Part shown: in pieces, positions 1 to 10,966 of the stretch
Position numbering within the stretch: position 1 is the stretch's first letter
Layout: every line of letters starts with the position of its first letter
Source: an uncultured bacterium
GTDB taxonomy: Bacteria > Zixibacteria > MSB-5A5 > UBA10806
Direction of reading: 5' to 3'
NCBI GenBank assembly: GCA_965541585.1
Contig: CBEUCH010000004.1
Span: 96,001-160,000, forward strand
DNA length: 64,000 bases
Made by a program: the position numbers and the translations under genes
The notes under the pieces: model-generated
What the model saw: only the letters and a program-made list of their open reading frames with translations
Told to the model about the DNA's origin: nothing
Databases searched by the model: none

Positions 1-2952
1 CTTGTCGAGAAATCTCCGTCCCTGGGCGGACGGATGGCCCAGCTCGATAAAACCTTCCCTACCATGGACTGCTCTATATGAATACTGGGACCCCGGATGA
101 TGGATGCCGGTCGGCATCCTAATATCAAGCTCCTCACGAATTCAATATTGGTTGGATTGGAGGGTCAGGCTGGAGATTTTGAGGCCAGGGTAAAAAGGCT
201 TCCCCGTTATGTCAGCGAGGAACTCTGCACGGCCTGTGGCCTTTGCGCCAAAAATTGCCCCGTGGAGGTTCCCAGTGAATTCGATTGTGGGATAGGGAAA
301 CGTAAAGCTATTTATTCTCCATTTCCTCAGGCTGTTCCGAATACCTACATCATAGATAAAGAAAATTGCTCTGATTGTGGGGTATGCGCCGAGAAATGTT
401 CGAGCAAGGCCATAAACTTCGATGATCCCGGGGAGGAGATTGACGTTGGAGTGGGGGCCGTTATCGTGGCCACCGGGTTTGACGTTTATGATGCCTCGAG
501 AATCCCCAGCTACGGATATGGCCATTTCGATAACGTGCTGACAAATATGGAGCTGGAAAGAGTTTTAAACGCTTCCGGCCCTACTCGCGGCCATGTAACC
601 AGGCCTTCTGATGGCAAAGTACCGAAAAAGATTGCGTTTATTCAGTGTGTAGGTTCCAGAGGTGAAGGAGGAGAGTTCGGTTGCCAGTACTGTTCGCGCT
701 TCTGCTGCATGAATGCCGTCAAAGACGCCATGCTGCTGAAACAACATGAGCAGGATATCGAGGAGTTGACGATTTTTTATATTGATATTCGAGCAGCAGG
801 TAAGGGCTTTGAGGAATTCTACCAGCGGTCGCTCGACATGCCGGAGTTGAGGTATGTGCGCGGGCGACCTTCTAAAATAATGGAGGACCCGAAGACAAAG
901 GAACTGATCATCTATGTCGAGAACGGTGAAACCGGCGAGGTGAGCACATTCAGGGTCGACATGGCCATCCTCTCGGCAGGGGCAGTGGCTGCCGAGGCAA
1001 ACATGGGTTTGGCTGGTGTTCTCGGTATCGACCTCGATGAAAACGGATTTTTCGAAATCGAAACCAAATACGGCTCACCGCTTCATACGGCCAAAGAGGG
1101 TGTTTACGTCTGCGGCTGCGCCGCCGGGGTCAACGATATCTCCGATTCGGTGGCCCAGGGTTCGGGTGCGGCAGCTGAAGCTGAAAGATATGTTGCGAAA
1201 TCCAGAATCGCCGAGGTCAAAGAGGAGATCGTCCCGCTGGATGTTAGCGGCCCACCGCGAATCGGGGTTTTCGTTTGCAAATGTGGCACAAATATCGCCG
1301 GGGTTATAGACACTGCGGATCTGAAAAAATATGCCCGGGATTTACCTAACGTTGTGTTTGCACGAGAAAGCCTGTTTCTATGTTCTGACGATGGTCAGAA
1401 GCGTCTGCAGGAGACGATTCTCAAAAGGAAACTCAACCGGGTAGTCGCCGCTGCCTGTACGCCTCGCACTCATGAACCGATCTTCCGTGAAAGCTGCGAG
1501 CAGGTTGGCCTGAACCCTTATCTTTTCGAGATGACAAACATCCGCGATCAGTGCTCTTGGGTGCACAGTACTATCCCGGAGACGGCAACCCAAAAGGCCA
1601 AGGATTTGATGAGAATGGGCGTGGCTAAAGCCCGGCATTTAAAGCCGCTCGATATGAAAACTATTCCTGTCGACCAGAGCGTGCTGGTTATCGGCGCCGG
1701 CGTGGCCGGAATGCGTGCGGCCCTGGATCTCGAAGCCCAGGGATTTAAGGTATATCTTATTGAGAAAGATGGTCGTCTTGGCGGAGTCCTGAATAATCTG
1801 ACCAGGGTTTACCCCGCCGATCTGCAGGCGGTTGAGCTGGCGCGCACCATGGTGGAAAAAATACGCGGTAGCCGGGTGGAGGTAATGGCCTCAACCGAGA
1901 TAAATTCCGTTTTGGGATTCGTGGGAAATTTCGACGTCTCCACTACCAGTGGTAATTTCATAGTCGGAACCATAGTCGTAGCCACCGGTGCAGATCTTTA
2001 TAAGCCCGATGGGGAATTCGGATACGGAAAGTTTGAGAATGTCATTACCAACCAGGAGCTCGAGAATATTTTACACGATGCAAAGGGTGAAATCAAAATA
2101 AAGGGCGAATCGCCGAATACGGTGGTTTTTATCCAGTGTGTCGGCTCTCGAAACCCTGAGAAAAACGCTGCCTGTTCCCGCTTTTGTTGTCCGACAACCA
2201 TCAAACAGGCCATCCGCTTGCGGGAAGGCGGCATAAACGTGATGGTTCTGTATCGTGACATGCGCACCGTTGGCGCCAAAGCCGAGGAACATTATCGTCG
2301 CGCCAGGGCGCTGGGAGTGAAGTTTATACGATATACCCCCGAGAGACTTCCAACGGTATCGGGCAACCGTAACCGCGCTGAAGGCGTCGAAATCCTCGAG
2401 TTGGCCCTGGATCGATGCCTGGAGATCCCCACGGACTATGTTGTACTGGCTGCCGGTATGGTTCCTAACGAAGCCAGCACTGATAAGATCCACGAAATTC
2501 TCAAGGTGCCGAGGGGAGTTGATGGCTTTTTCATGGAGCGCCACGCCAAGCTCGGCCCGGTGGAGACCACCACGGAGGGGGTTTTTCTGGCCGGCTGTGT
2601 CAGTGGCCCCAAAGATATAGCCGATTCGATTGCGCAGGGCTCGGCTGCCGCAGCCAAGGTGGCCTCATTTATCGCGCGCGATACGGTATCGCTGGAGCCG
2701 ACGACCTGTGTTGTGGAACCGGCGTTATGCCGGGCATGCGGCAAGTGTGTGGAGATTTGCGAATACCATGCTCCATCCCTGGTGGAGAGCACCCCCGGGA
2801 TTATGGTTGCGGAGATCAATCAGGCCTTGTGCAAAGGTTGCGGCACCTGCGCCAGTTGGTGTCCCACCGGCGCTATATCGGCTCAGCATTTTACGGATCG
2901 TCAGATCGACTCAATGCTGGAAGCATTGTTCGCAAGCGAGGCCCAGGCATGA
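1..2952 (+). CDS. hdrA: Heterodisulfide reductase subunit A-like flavoprotein, tandem (two FAD modules), probable selenoprotein; 5' end is outside the window
   Basis: Frame 1 reads [29 protein letters not shown](79-81)-ILGPRMMDAGRHPNI, continuing in frame into the 951-aa ORF. It has CxxCxxCxxxCP ferredoxin motifs, QCVGSR/CSRFCC twice, an internal HdrA N-terminal motif GVFVCKCGTNIAG, GAGVAG and a C-terminal 2x[4Fe-4S] domain. Confidence 0.93.
102..119 (+). promoter_or_regulatory. Candidate bacterial SECIS hairpin of hdrA copy 1
   Basis: GGATGCC-GGTC-GGCATCC, a 7-bp stem with a GGUC loop, 20 nt after the in-frame TGA at 79-81. Confidence 0.8.
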
Positions 2953-3419
2953 CCGTTAAAGCAGCCGTGACAAAAAAGAAGAAAACTCCCACAAAGTTCG
3001 TTCCCAACATCGTCGCCTTTGCCTGCACCTGGTGCAGCTATGCAGGGGCAGACACGGCGGGAATCAACCGTATTCAGCACTCCCCTAATTTCAGGATCAT
3101 TCGGACGTTATGTTCGGGTCGTGTTACACCTGGATTTGTGTTGAAAGCGCTCAAACTGGGGGCGGATGGGGTTCTGGTCTCGGGGTGTCATTTCGGCGAT
3201 TGCCATTATATTTTCGGTAATTACCGGGCCGTGGAACAATTCGATAAAACCAAGGCTCTGGTAAAAACCCTGGGGCTCGATGAGAAACGGGTTCGCTTGG
3301 AATGGGTCTCCGCGGCGGAAGGCCCGCGCTGGGCGGAGGTCATCGATGAGTTTATTGAGCAGATTACAGAATTAGGGCCCAGTCCGCTGAATAGCAAAAA
3401 GAAGGCGAAGAAAAAATAG
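2949..3419 (+). CDS. mvhD: MvhD/FlpD-like [2Fe-2S] subunit
   Basis: ATGA overlap with the hdrA stop. Motifs FACTWCSYAGAD, LCSGRV, GCHFGDCHY, WVSAAEG. Confidence 0.92.
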   Translation: MTVKAAVTKKKKTPTKFVPNIVAFACTWCSYAGADTAGINRIQHSPNFRIIRTLCSGRVTPGFVLKALKLGADGVLVSGCHFGDCHYIFGNYRAVEQFDKTKALVKTLGLDEKRVRLEWVSAAEGPRWAEVIDEFIEQITELGPSPLNSKKKAKKK

Positions 3420-3425
3420 GAGATC

Positions 3426-4583
3426 GTGGAAGCGACACTTAAAGACCTTAAGAAAAGCCGTGCCACATTCTGTCTGGAGTGCGGTAAATGCACTGCCGTA
3501 TGTCCTATCTCCAATTCCAACAGCGACTACTCGCCCCGGAGGCTGATCGCCGAAGGTCTCTTTTACGGGCTGGATGAACTGGTGGACAACCGTCTTTTGT
3601 GGTCTTGCCTGACCTGCCAGCTCTGCTCGGAACGCTGCCCGGTCGATGTTAAATATTCGGAATATATGCGTGATATCAGGGCTACGGCTTACCGTCTGGG
3701 AAAATGGGGTAATCCGTCACATGGCGGAGCACTGCATCATATTATGGAGCTGGCCGCCTCACCGAAGTTGAAACAGAATCGCACCGGCTGGATCAGTTCA
3801 CCGGATAAGCCCGATAACGGATTGAAGGTAAAGAAAAAAGGGGACATACTCTATTTCGTAGGCTGTCTGCCATACTATCAGGATTTTTTCGCCAGGGATT
3901 TCGATTTCTCCCCTATCTCTATTGCGGAGGATACCGTTAGAATTCTAAACCATATCGGCATAGAACCCGTGGTGATGGACAACGAGCGATGTTGCGGCCA
4001 CGATCTCTACTGGTTGGGCCAACTCGCACAGTTCGATGAATTGAGCAAGCTGAACTTAAAGGAGATAGAGAAAACCGGCGCCAAGACAGTGGTTACCGCC
4101 TGCGCGGAATGTGCGCTATCGCTGAAAAAACTTTATCTTGAAAGATCCGGCGAAATCTCCTTTGAGGTTAAGCATATCAGCGAGTTGGTGGCGGAAAACA
4201 TAAATAAGTTCTCGTTTGATCGGCTCGAGAAGGAAATTACTTTCCAGGACCCTTGCCGTCTGGGAAGATATCTGGGCGTCTATGATCAGCCCCGAGAGAC
4301 CATTTCATCGATACCGGGGGTAGAGTTTCGAGAGATGCCGAATAATAGGAATGCCGCAATCTGCTGCGGCACCACCAACTGGATGAATTGCGACGCTACC
4401 TCAAAGCAGATACAGTATCGCAGGCTGAGGGAGGCCAAATCAACCGGCGCACGCACGCTGGTGACCGCCTGCCCGAAGTGCCAGATTCATTTTCGGTGCT
4501 CCGAATGCGGCGACGATTCCCAGAAGGTGGATATAGAATTGTTAGACTATGTGAACTTAGTGGCTAAAGCTCTTAAGGGTTGA
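3426..4583 (+). CDS. HdrD/HdrC-B-like Fe-S oxidoreductase (2x[4Fe-4S] plus two CCG domains)
   Basis: [12 protein letters not shown] and [15 protein letters not shown] domains YFVGC..RCCG..TACAEC and QDPC..ICCG..TACPKC. Confidence 0.88.
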   Translation: MEATLKDLKKSRATFCLECGKCTAVCPISNSNSDYSPRRLIAEGLFYGLDELVDNRLLWSCLTCQLCSERCPVDVKYSEYMRDIRATAYRLGKWGNPSHGGALHHIMELAASPKLKQNRTGWISSPDKPDNGLKVKKKGDILYFVGCLPYYQDFFARDFDFSPISIAEDTVRILNHIGIEPVVMDNERCCGHDLYWLGQLAQFDELSKLNLKEIEKTGAKTVVTACAECALSLKKLYLERSGEISFEVKHISELVAENINKFSFDRLEKEITFQDPCRLGRYLGVYDQPRETISSIPGVEFREMPNNRNAAICCGTTNWMNCDATSKQIQYRRLREAKSTGARTLVTACPKCQIHFRCSECGDDSQKVDIELLDYVNLVAKALKG

Positions 4584-4626
4584 CGCCCTTGGAATAAATT
4601 TGCCTCAGGCATTTGGGGAGATAAAA

Positions 4627-7098
4627 ATGGCGAGTGAATCAAAGAAATCCGGAGAATTGCGCATCGGTGTCTTCGTCTGTGAATGCGGCCTCAATATCGC
4701 CGGTACTGTGGATTGTTCTGCAGTCAGTAAATACGCTGAGACCTTTGACGATGTTGTGGCCGTCATCCAGAACAAATATACCTGTGCCGATCCGGGGCAA
4801 AACGAGATCAAAAAGGCTATCGCGGAACATAAGCTCAACCGGGTTGTAGTGGCATCGTGCACGCCCAAGATCCATGAGCCGACTTTCAGGCAGTGCGTGG
4901 CCGATGCCGGATTGAATCCATACCTGTTTGAGATGGTTAACATCCGCGAGCATTGTAGCTGGGTTCACCAGAGCGAGAAGGAAGCGGCCACCGAAAAGGC
5001 GAAAGATCTGGTTCGCAGCGGGGTGGCCAGGGCGCGGGTGCTGGAGCCGCAGATTGAGACGGAGGTTCCGGTAACGAAAGCGGCGCTGGTAATCGGAGGC
5101 GGCGTGGCAGGTATCCAGGCGGCTCTGGATCTGGCCGATGGCGGGCATAAAGTCTATCTGGTTGAAAAAGAACCGACCGTCGGCGGGATCATGGCGGCAC
5201 TGGACAAGACCTACCCGACCATGGATTGCTCTATATGAATACTCGGACCGAAAATGATGGATGTCGGTCGACATCCCAACGTCGAAATGATGACCTACAG
5301 CGAGGTCGAATCGGTTGCCGGGTTCGTGGGTAATTTCAATGTCACGATCCGAAAAAAGGCTCGCTATGTAGACCCCGCTGAATGCATATCCTGCGCAGAT
5401 TGCGCCGCTGTCTGCCCCGTGGCGGTTCCCGATGAATATCAGCAGGGGTTCTCATCCCGCAAGGCGATTTATATACCATTTCCCCAGGCGGTACCGTCCT
5501 CCTATATCCTGGATATGAAGAACTGCCTGGGAAATAACCCCATTGCCTGCGGCAAATGCGCCGATGCCTGTGATAAAAAATGTATCAATTACGACGACCA
5601 GGACGAACTGGTGAATATCGAAGTCGGCGTGGTTATCGTTGCCACCGGCATGGACGTTTACGATCCGACCGAATACGACGAATACGGTTACACCCGTTAC
5701 GAGAACGTTATAACCAGTATGGAGTTCGAACGGCTGATCTGCGCCGGCGGCCCCACCGACGGTCATTTCATTCGCCCCACCGACCGCAAGATTCCGCAAT
5801 CGATAGGATTCATCCAGTGTGTCGGCTCCCGTTCCCGCAACGGTCGGGGAAACCCTTATTGCAGCAATATCTGCTGCATGAATACGATAAAAGATACTCT
5901 TTTGCTCTCAGACCACTATCCCGGTGTCGAGGCCAAGGTGTTCTATATGGACATCCGCGCTTTCGGCAAGGGCTTCGAGGATCTCTATATGCGCAGCAAG
6001 GAGGAGGGAGTCAAATATATAAGAGGCATCCCCGGGGAGGTCGTCGAAGATCCCGAGACCAATAATATAGTCCTGACCGTTGAAAACACCACCACCGGCA
6101 AACTCGAAAAGCACGAGCTCGAGATGCTGATTCTGTCGCAGGGAGTGATCCCGAGACAGGATGGCGACCAGATCAAGAAACTTCTGACTCTATCGACCAC
6201 GTCCGACGGCTTCATTATGGAATCTCACCCCAAGCTCAAACCGGTGGATGCGCCGACGAGAGGCGTTTATATCGCTGGCTGCGTGGAGTCGCCCAAGGAT
6301 GTCAAAGACAGCGTTACCCAGGCCGGCGCCGCCGCTGCCCGGGCCAGTATTCTGCTCAATGCCGGCAAGACCAGCGTGGAGGCCATCACCTCGCAAATCG
6401 ACGGCGAAAAATGTAACTATTGCGCGCTTTGCTCAAAAGTGTGTCCTTACAATGCTATTCTATCATCGGATAAGAAAACTAAAAAACTGCCGATCGTTAT
6501 TCAGGCTGCCTGCGCCGGCTGTGGAGCCTGCGCGGCAGAATGCCCGCAGGATGCTATCATCATGAGGCACTTTACCGACGAGCAGATCATGGCCCAGATC
6601 GAGGCTATTCTGGCAGTCGAGCCTCACAAGCACCTGTTGACCTTCGCCTGCAACTGGTGCAGTTACGCCGGCGGCGATATGGCCGGGACCTCGAGATTAC
6701 AGTATCCCACAACCAGCAGATTGATAAGAACCATGTGTTCCGGGAGAGTCGATGAGAAATTCGTGATCCACGCCTTCAAACTGGGCGCGCCGATGGTTCT
6801 TGTGTCCGGCTGTCATTTTGCCGATTGCCATTATATCGACGCCGTACACTGGACCCAGAAACGGATGGATAAGCTTTGGAATAAACTGGACAAGCTGGGT
6901 ATACGTGTCGACAGGCTGCAGTTGGAATGGATATCCGCCGCCGAGGGGCAGAAATTCGCCAGGGTAATGCGCGACCTCGAAAGCATGGTTAAAGCCGTCA
7001 CAAAAGAGGAGATCGAATACACAATGAAAGTCCTCAAAGAAGAAGAGGCAAAAAAGAAGAAAAAGGCGGTGGAGACCGGTGCGGAGGTGAGTGTCTGA
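4627..7098 (+). CDS. hdrA: HdrA-MvhD fusion flavoprotein, probable selenoprotein (joins ORFs 4600-5238 and 5254-7098)
   Basis: [19 protein letters not shown], then [10 protein letters not shown](5236-5238)[14 protein letters not shown] in frame. Inserted and C-terminal ferredoxin domains and a C-terminal MvhD module ([34 protein letters not shown]). Confidence 0.93.
5259..5276 (+). promoter_or_regulatory. Candidate bacterial SECIS hairpin of hdrA copy 2
   Basis: GGATGTC-GGTC-GACATCC, 20 nt after the TGA, with a compensatory T-A pair replacing the C-G pair of copy 1. Confidence 0.8.
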
Positions 7099-7247
7099 TG
7101 GCGGCCAGGGAAACCAGATTCAAATGCCTCCACTGCGGGCATGAGTATATGGGCACTTACGATCCCAAAAATGTCACCGAGCGGACATGCCCGCAATGCC
7201 GCTCGAACAGCATACGCCGGCTGCCTGTACAAAAGCAGAAAAAATAG
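7098..7247 (+). CDS. Small zinc-ribbon/rubredoxin-like protein (49 aa)
   Basis: SD GGAGGT at 7083-7088 and a TGATG overlap with the hdrA stop. Translation [49 protein letters not shown]. Confidence 0.8.
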   Translation: MAARETRFKCLHCGHEYMGTYDPKNVTERTCPQCRSNSIRRLPVQKQKK

Positions 7248-7309
7248 CAAAGCAGCTCTCACCAGTATCCGCGACCGGTTACAACATTACCTCATTACAT
7301 AATTATCGA

Positions 7310-7338
7310 TTGATATTCTGTTATTAAGCTGTTATCCT
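7310..7338 (+). promoter_or_regulatory. Putative sigma70 promoter
   Basis: TTGATA-17nt-TATCCT with an extended TG. Confidence 0.45.
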
Positions 7339-7403
7339 GCATCTCCATTTGAGGAGTGTTGATTGAAAGCAAAATCGAATTGTCTCTAACCGCCGACTGA
7401 TAA

Positions 7404-8798
7404 ATGGGAAAATTGACTTTCTACGGGGCCACCGGCACGACCACCGGTTCCAGATTTCTACTGGAACTGCATGGCAAGAAGATACTCGTTGATTGCGGGA
7501 TGTTTCAAGGGCCCAAAGCGAACCGATTGAAAAACTGGGATGAGTTTCCGGTACCGCCATCAGAAATAGACAAAATTCTCCTGACCCACGCGCATATCGA
7601 TCACTCCGGATATCTGCCACGCCTGTGCAGAGAGGGATTTTCGGGCTCTATACATTGCACCGATGCTACTCACGATCTCTGTGAGATCCTCTTAAAGGAC
7701 AGCGCTCATATTCAGGAAGAGGACGCCTACTGGGCGAATAAGAAGGGTTATTCCAAACATAAACAGGCGCAACCTCTTTACACCGTAAAAGACGCCAAAA
7801 AAACTCTTTCGCTTTTTTCTCCCTTACATTACGGAGAGGATTTTTACGATGACGATGTGGTGCGATTCAAGTTCAAAGATGCCGGTCATATACTGGGCTC
7901 CGCATTGATCGACATCAAGACAGGCGATAGCAATCAAGGCAAAAAGATTCTTTTCAGCGGGGATATCGGCAGACCCGACAAACAACTCTTAAGAGATCCC
8001 GTCCAGGTCTTCAATGTCGATTACCTGATCCTCGAATCCACCTACGGGGATCGACTGCACGCTGAGAGTTCGCCCGTCGACGAGCTTGCGAGAGTGATCC
8101 GGGAAAGTGTGGAACGAGGCGGTGTGTTGGTTATACCATCGTTTGCCGTGGGACGAACCCAGACGCTTCTTTATTTGATCAGGGAGCTGGAGGATCAGGG
8201 GAAAATTCCCTCGCTGCCGGTATATGTAGATTCTCCAATGGCCATAGATGTCACCGATATCTTCAGCAAGAGGATTTCGGATTTTGATATAACCAGCAGG
8301 GTCTTGACGCTGAAAGGGGTAAAGATATTTCATCCTGAGCAACTTCGTCTCTGCAAAACCAGGGAACAATCCAAAAACATAAATAAAATAGTAAGTCCGG
8401 CTATAATAATCTCCTCCAGCGGCATGGTCACCGGAGGCCGGATTCTTCACCATATGGTGCAGCGTCTGCCGCAATCGGAGAATACGATTTTGTTCATAGG
8501 TTATCAGGCATCCGGTACCCGCGGGCGGACAATTCTTGAAGGTCAACCGTCGGTGAAGATTCATGGACGTCAGATCCCTATCAAGGCAAGGGTGGAGAAG
8601 ATATCGGGATTCTCCGGTCATGCCGATTATAACGAGATCATGGCCTGGCTCATCGGTTTCGACAGGCCGCCGGAGAAAACGTTTATAGTCCATGGGGAGC
8701 CGGAGGCGTCGGCATCGCTGGCGGAGAAGATTAGAGATAAACTCGGCTGGGAGGTTGTTATACCGAAGTTTGGGGATAGTTTCGATCTGGAGATCTAA
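7404..8798 (+). CDS. MBL-fold metallo-hydrolase, beta-CASP RNA-processing nuclease family
   Basis: THAHIDHSG, AGHILGSA, SGDIG, ESTYGDR, FSGHAD, VHGE. Confidence 0.9.
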   Translation: MGKLTFYGATGTTTGSRFLLELHGKKILVDCGMFQGPKANRLKNWDEFPVPPSEIDKILLTHAHIDHSGYLPRLCREGFSGSIHCTDATHDLCEILLKDSAHIQEEDAYWANKKGYSKHKQAQPLYTVKDAKKTLSLFSPLHYGEDFYDDDVVRFKFKDAGHILGSALIDIKTGDSNQGKKILFSGDIGRPDKQLLRDPVQVFNVDYLILESTYGDRLHAESSPVDELARVIRESVERGGVLVIPSFAVGRTQTLLYLIRELEDQGKIPSLPVYVDSPMAIDVTDIFSKRISDFDITSRVLTLKGVKIFHPEQLRLCKTREQSKNINKIVSPAIIISSSGMVTGGRILHHMVQRLPQSENTILFIGYQASGTRGRTILEGQPSVKIHGRQIPIKARVEKISGFSGHADYNEIMAWLIGFDRPPEKTFIVHGEPEASASLAEKIRDKLGWEVVIPKFGDSFDLEI

Positions 8799-8960
8799 TT
8801 TTTTGCCTTACTATTTTTCAAAGACGGTCATCATAGAAAAAAGATCCATTAACGCCGATTTTCTGGAACTCGATTGTCTTTCAAGGAGTATCATACAAAA
8901 GACCTGCAGGCAGGTTTTTTTTGATGCCGACACGAAAGGATGACTTTCAGGAGGATTTTT

Positions 8961-9281
8961 GTGAATTTCAAAATGTATCTTTCCGCCGCACTCATCTTAC
9001 TGATTGCGATAGGCTGCGCGTCGACGACGAAATTACAGAAACAAGAGACCTGGGCCGATCTCGAGGTCAGAGTATATGAAGTTTACGGAATGAATTGTCC
9101 CGGCTGTCACGGCGGCGTGGAGAAACTCGTCAATAAAATCCCGTCAGTCTACGATTCGGAGGCCAACTGGGAGAAAAAGGAACTGAGAATAGCGGTTCGT
9201 CCGAATTCGACGCTCGATGACGAGGAAATTTTCGAGGCTATCCGGCGGGCGAATTTCACCGGCGGCGAAAGGATAATGTAG
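8961..9281 (+). CDS. Heavy-metal-associated (HMA) domain lipoprotein
   Basis: SD AGGAGG then GTG; lipobox IAIGC; GMNCPGC metal-binding motif. Confidence 0.75.
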   Translation: MNFKMYLSAALILLIAIGCASTTKLQKQETWADLEVRVYEVYGMNCPGCHGGVEKLVNKIPSVYDSEANWEKKELRIAVRPNSTLDDEEIFEAIRRANFTGGERIM

Positions 9282-9304
9282 TTATCCATTAGCTGCAATT
9301 AAGA

Positions 9305-10159
9305 ATGAGAACATACTTATTTATCATATTAACTGCTGCGATTGCGCTGAATACATCTCCCGATGTTATCCAGGCCGCCGGAATAAGCGTCGACGCGGGC
9401 CTGACCCCTTCGGAAGACCGATGGATATTCCGGCTACAGACCAGATATATGCATTCGACCGCACAAGCCCCGGGGATCAACCGCGAAATGAAGATGTATG
9501 TCGTCCCGGTAGTCGCCGTTTACGGGTTGCGCAATTACTTAACGTTGATGGCGAGGCAGACAATAGTCAGCCGAGAGATGTCGATGTCGGGTTCGAGCGA
9601 ACGGGAAAACGGTTTCGGCGATTTCTTCTTTCTGTTGAAATACAAGGCCTTCAGGGTGAATACGCCCGATTACACGTTGGGCATCTCTCCTACCATGGGG
9701 ATATCCGTTCCCACGGGAAATCAGGCTTTTACATCAGAGACCTGGGACCTAAACATGGGCGTATATGGTTCAGGCCGACGAGGGCGCTGGGCGACGGACT
9801 TGAATCTGGGCTATCGGGCGAACGGAGTTGCGGGCGAGCGCGCGGACAATATCGAAACGGGCGATGAGTTTTCGGCTGACTGGGCAGGGGCGTATCAGTT
9901 CAGTTATAATTCGACTTCGGAAACAACCGTGACTCCTGTCCTGGAGTTTTCCTTCAGGCGGGTCATGCCCGATGCTTTAAATGGTGTCGAGGTTACCGAT
10001 ACCGGTGAGAGGTTGTTTTATATATCGCCGGGCGCGAAGATATCCACCTCTTCGGTAATAGGGGAAGCACTCATCCTGATACCGGTCTGGCAGAATCAAG
10101 TCGGCGTCCAGCTTGAAAAAGAAATCGGTTTTATTGCCGGGATCAGGCTGCTTTTCTAA
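9305..10159 (+). CDS. Exported outer-membrane beta-barrel protein (MetA-pathway/transporter-like)
   Basis: Signal peptide, GFGD and VPTG motifs, amphipathic strands, terminal Phe. Confidence 0.6.
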   Translation: MRTYLFIILTAAIALNTSPDVIQAAGISVDAGLTPSEDRWIFRLQTRYMHSTAQAPGINREMKMYVVPVVAVYGLRNYLTLMARQTIVSREMSMSGSSERENGFGDFFFLLKYKAFRVNTPDYTLGISPTMGISVPTGNQAFTSETWDLNMGVYGSGRRGRWATDLNLGYRANGVAGERADNIETGDEFSADWAGAYQFSYNSTSETTVTPVLEFSFRRVMPDALNGVEVTDTGERLFYISPGAKISTSSVIGEALILIPVWQNQVGVQLEKEIGFIAGIRLLF

Positions 10160-10362
10160 CGAGGATTATCAAAAGTAAGAAATTTCCTATAAGCCTAATA
10201 GTTCGTGAAGCATCACCACCATACCTGACGGCCGTCGGTATATCATTAGTTTGATTATAACATTGTCCTTGACACTCATATAATTTTTATATTATTTTAC
10301 TGAGTACTTGAAATATTACTCTCATCAGGTTTAGAGACGCCAAATGAATACAGGGGAATTAA

Positions 10363-10926
10363 ATGTATCACGAAATTAAATCTTTTTGTACGGCTTTACC
10401 GCTTATCATCGTTATAGCGACATTAAGTTGTAGCGATTCCGAGAATGGGCAGCTCGTGAATTCGCTTTACATGTATACACCGCATGTTTCTGATATCATG
10501 TTTACGGATAATATTGGAAACGAAATCGGCGAATGGGGCAATCCATCTGACGAAGTTGTAGCCTACCCTAATCCATTTGATTCATCCACGACAATCGGTT
10601 TCTACCTTTCTGAGGCGTCAGAGGTAAAGGTCTGGATTGTACACGCCATAGGACCGGGGGAAACCGATTGGAATATTGCCAGTTTGATGGGTGCTCAAAT
10701 ATTTGTGCTCGGCGGGGCACCCGTGGTCACGCTCTTTGATTCAGTACTGCCAGCTGGAGGGCATGATCTTGAGTGGGATGGGAGAAATAATCTTGGACGT
10801 CGCCTACAAAGCGGCTTTTATCGGATCTACGTTTTGGCGGGTTATGAGTTTGCGTGGGCAGACATACTGCTAATGCGTGACTGCTCAGAAATTGTTTCCG
10901 CTCCAATGATACCAGGATGCGATTAG
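10363..10926 (+). CDS. Lipoprotein with FlgD Ig-like domain
   Basis: Lipobox TLSC; YPNPF...WDGRN..G..L.SG.Y pattern. Confidence 0.65.
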   Translation: MYHEIKSFCTALPLIIVIATLSCSDSENGQLVNSLYMYTPHVSDIMFTDNIGNEIGEWGNPSDEVVAYPNPFDSSTTIGFYLSEASEVKVWIVHAIGPGETDWNIASLMGAQIFVLGGAPVVTLFDSVLPAGGHDLEWDGRNNLGRRLQSGFYRIYVLAGYEFAWADILLMRDCSEIVSAPMIPGCD

Positions 10927-10966
10927 ATTATTCCGTAAGAACTCTCTATTCAAAAAGGAGGATCTT

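Noticed and set aside
2727..2948. N-terminal extension of mvhD in the ORF track
   Set aside because: It overlaps hdrA in another frame. The ATGA-coupled start at 2949 gives a normal-sized MvhD.
4600..7098. hdrA as a nonsense pseudogene or two separate genes
   Set aside because: The same TGA occurs at the same conserved Cys position in both paralogues, the frame is preserved, and each has a covarying hairpin. Sec recoding fits better.
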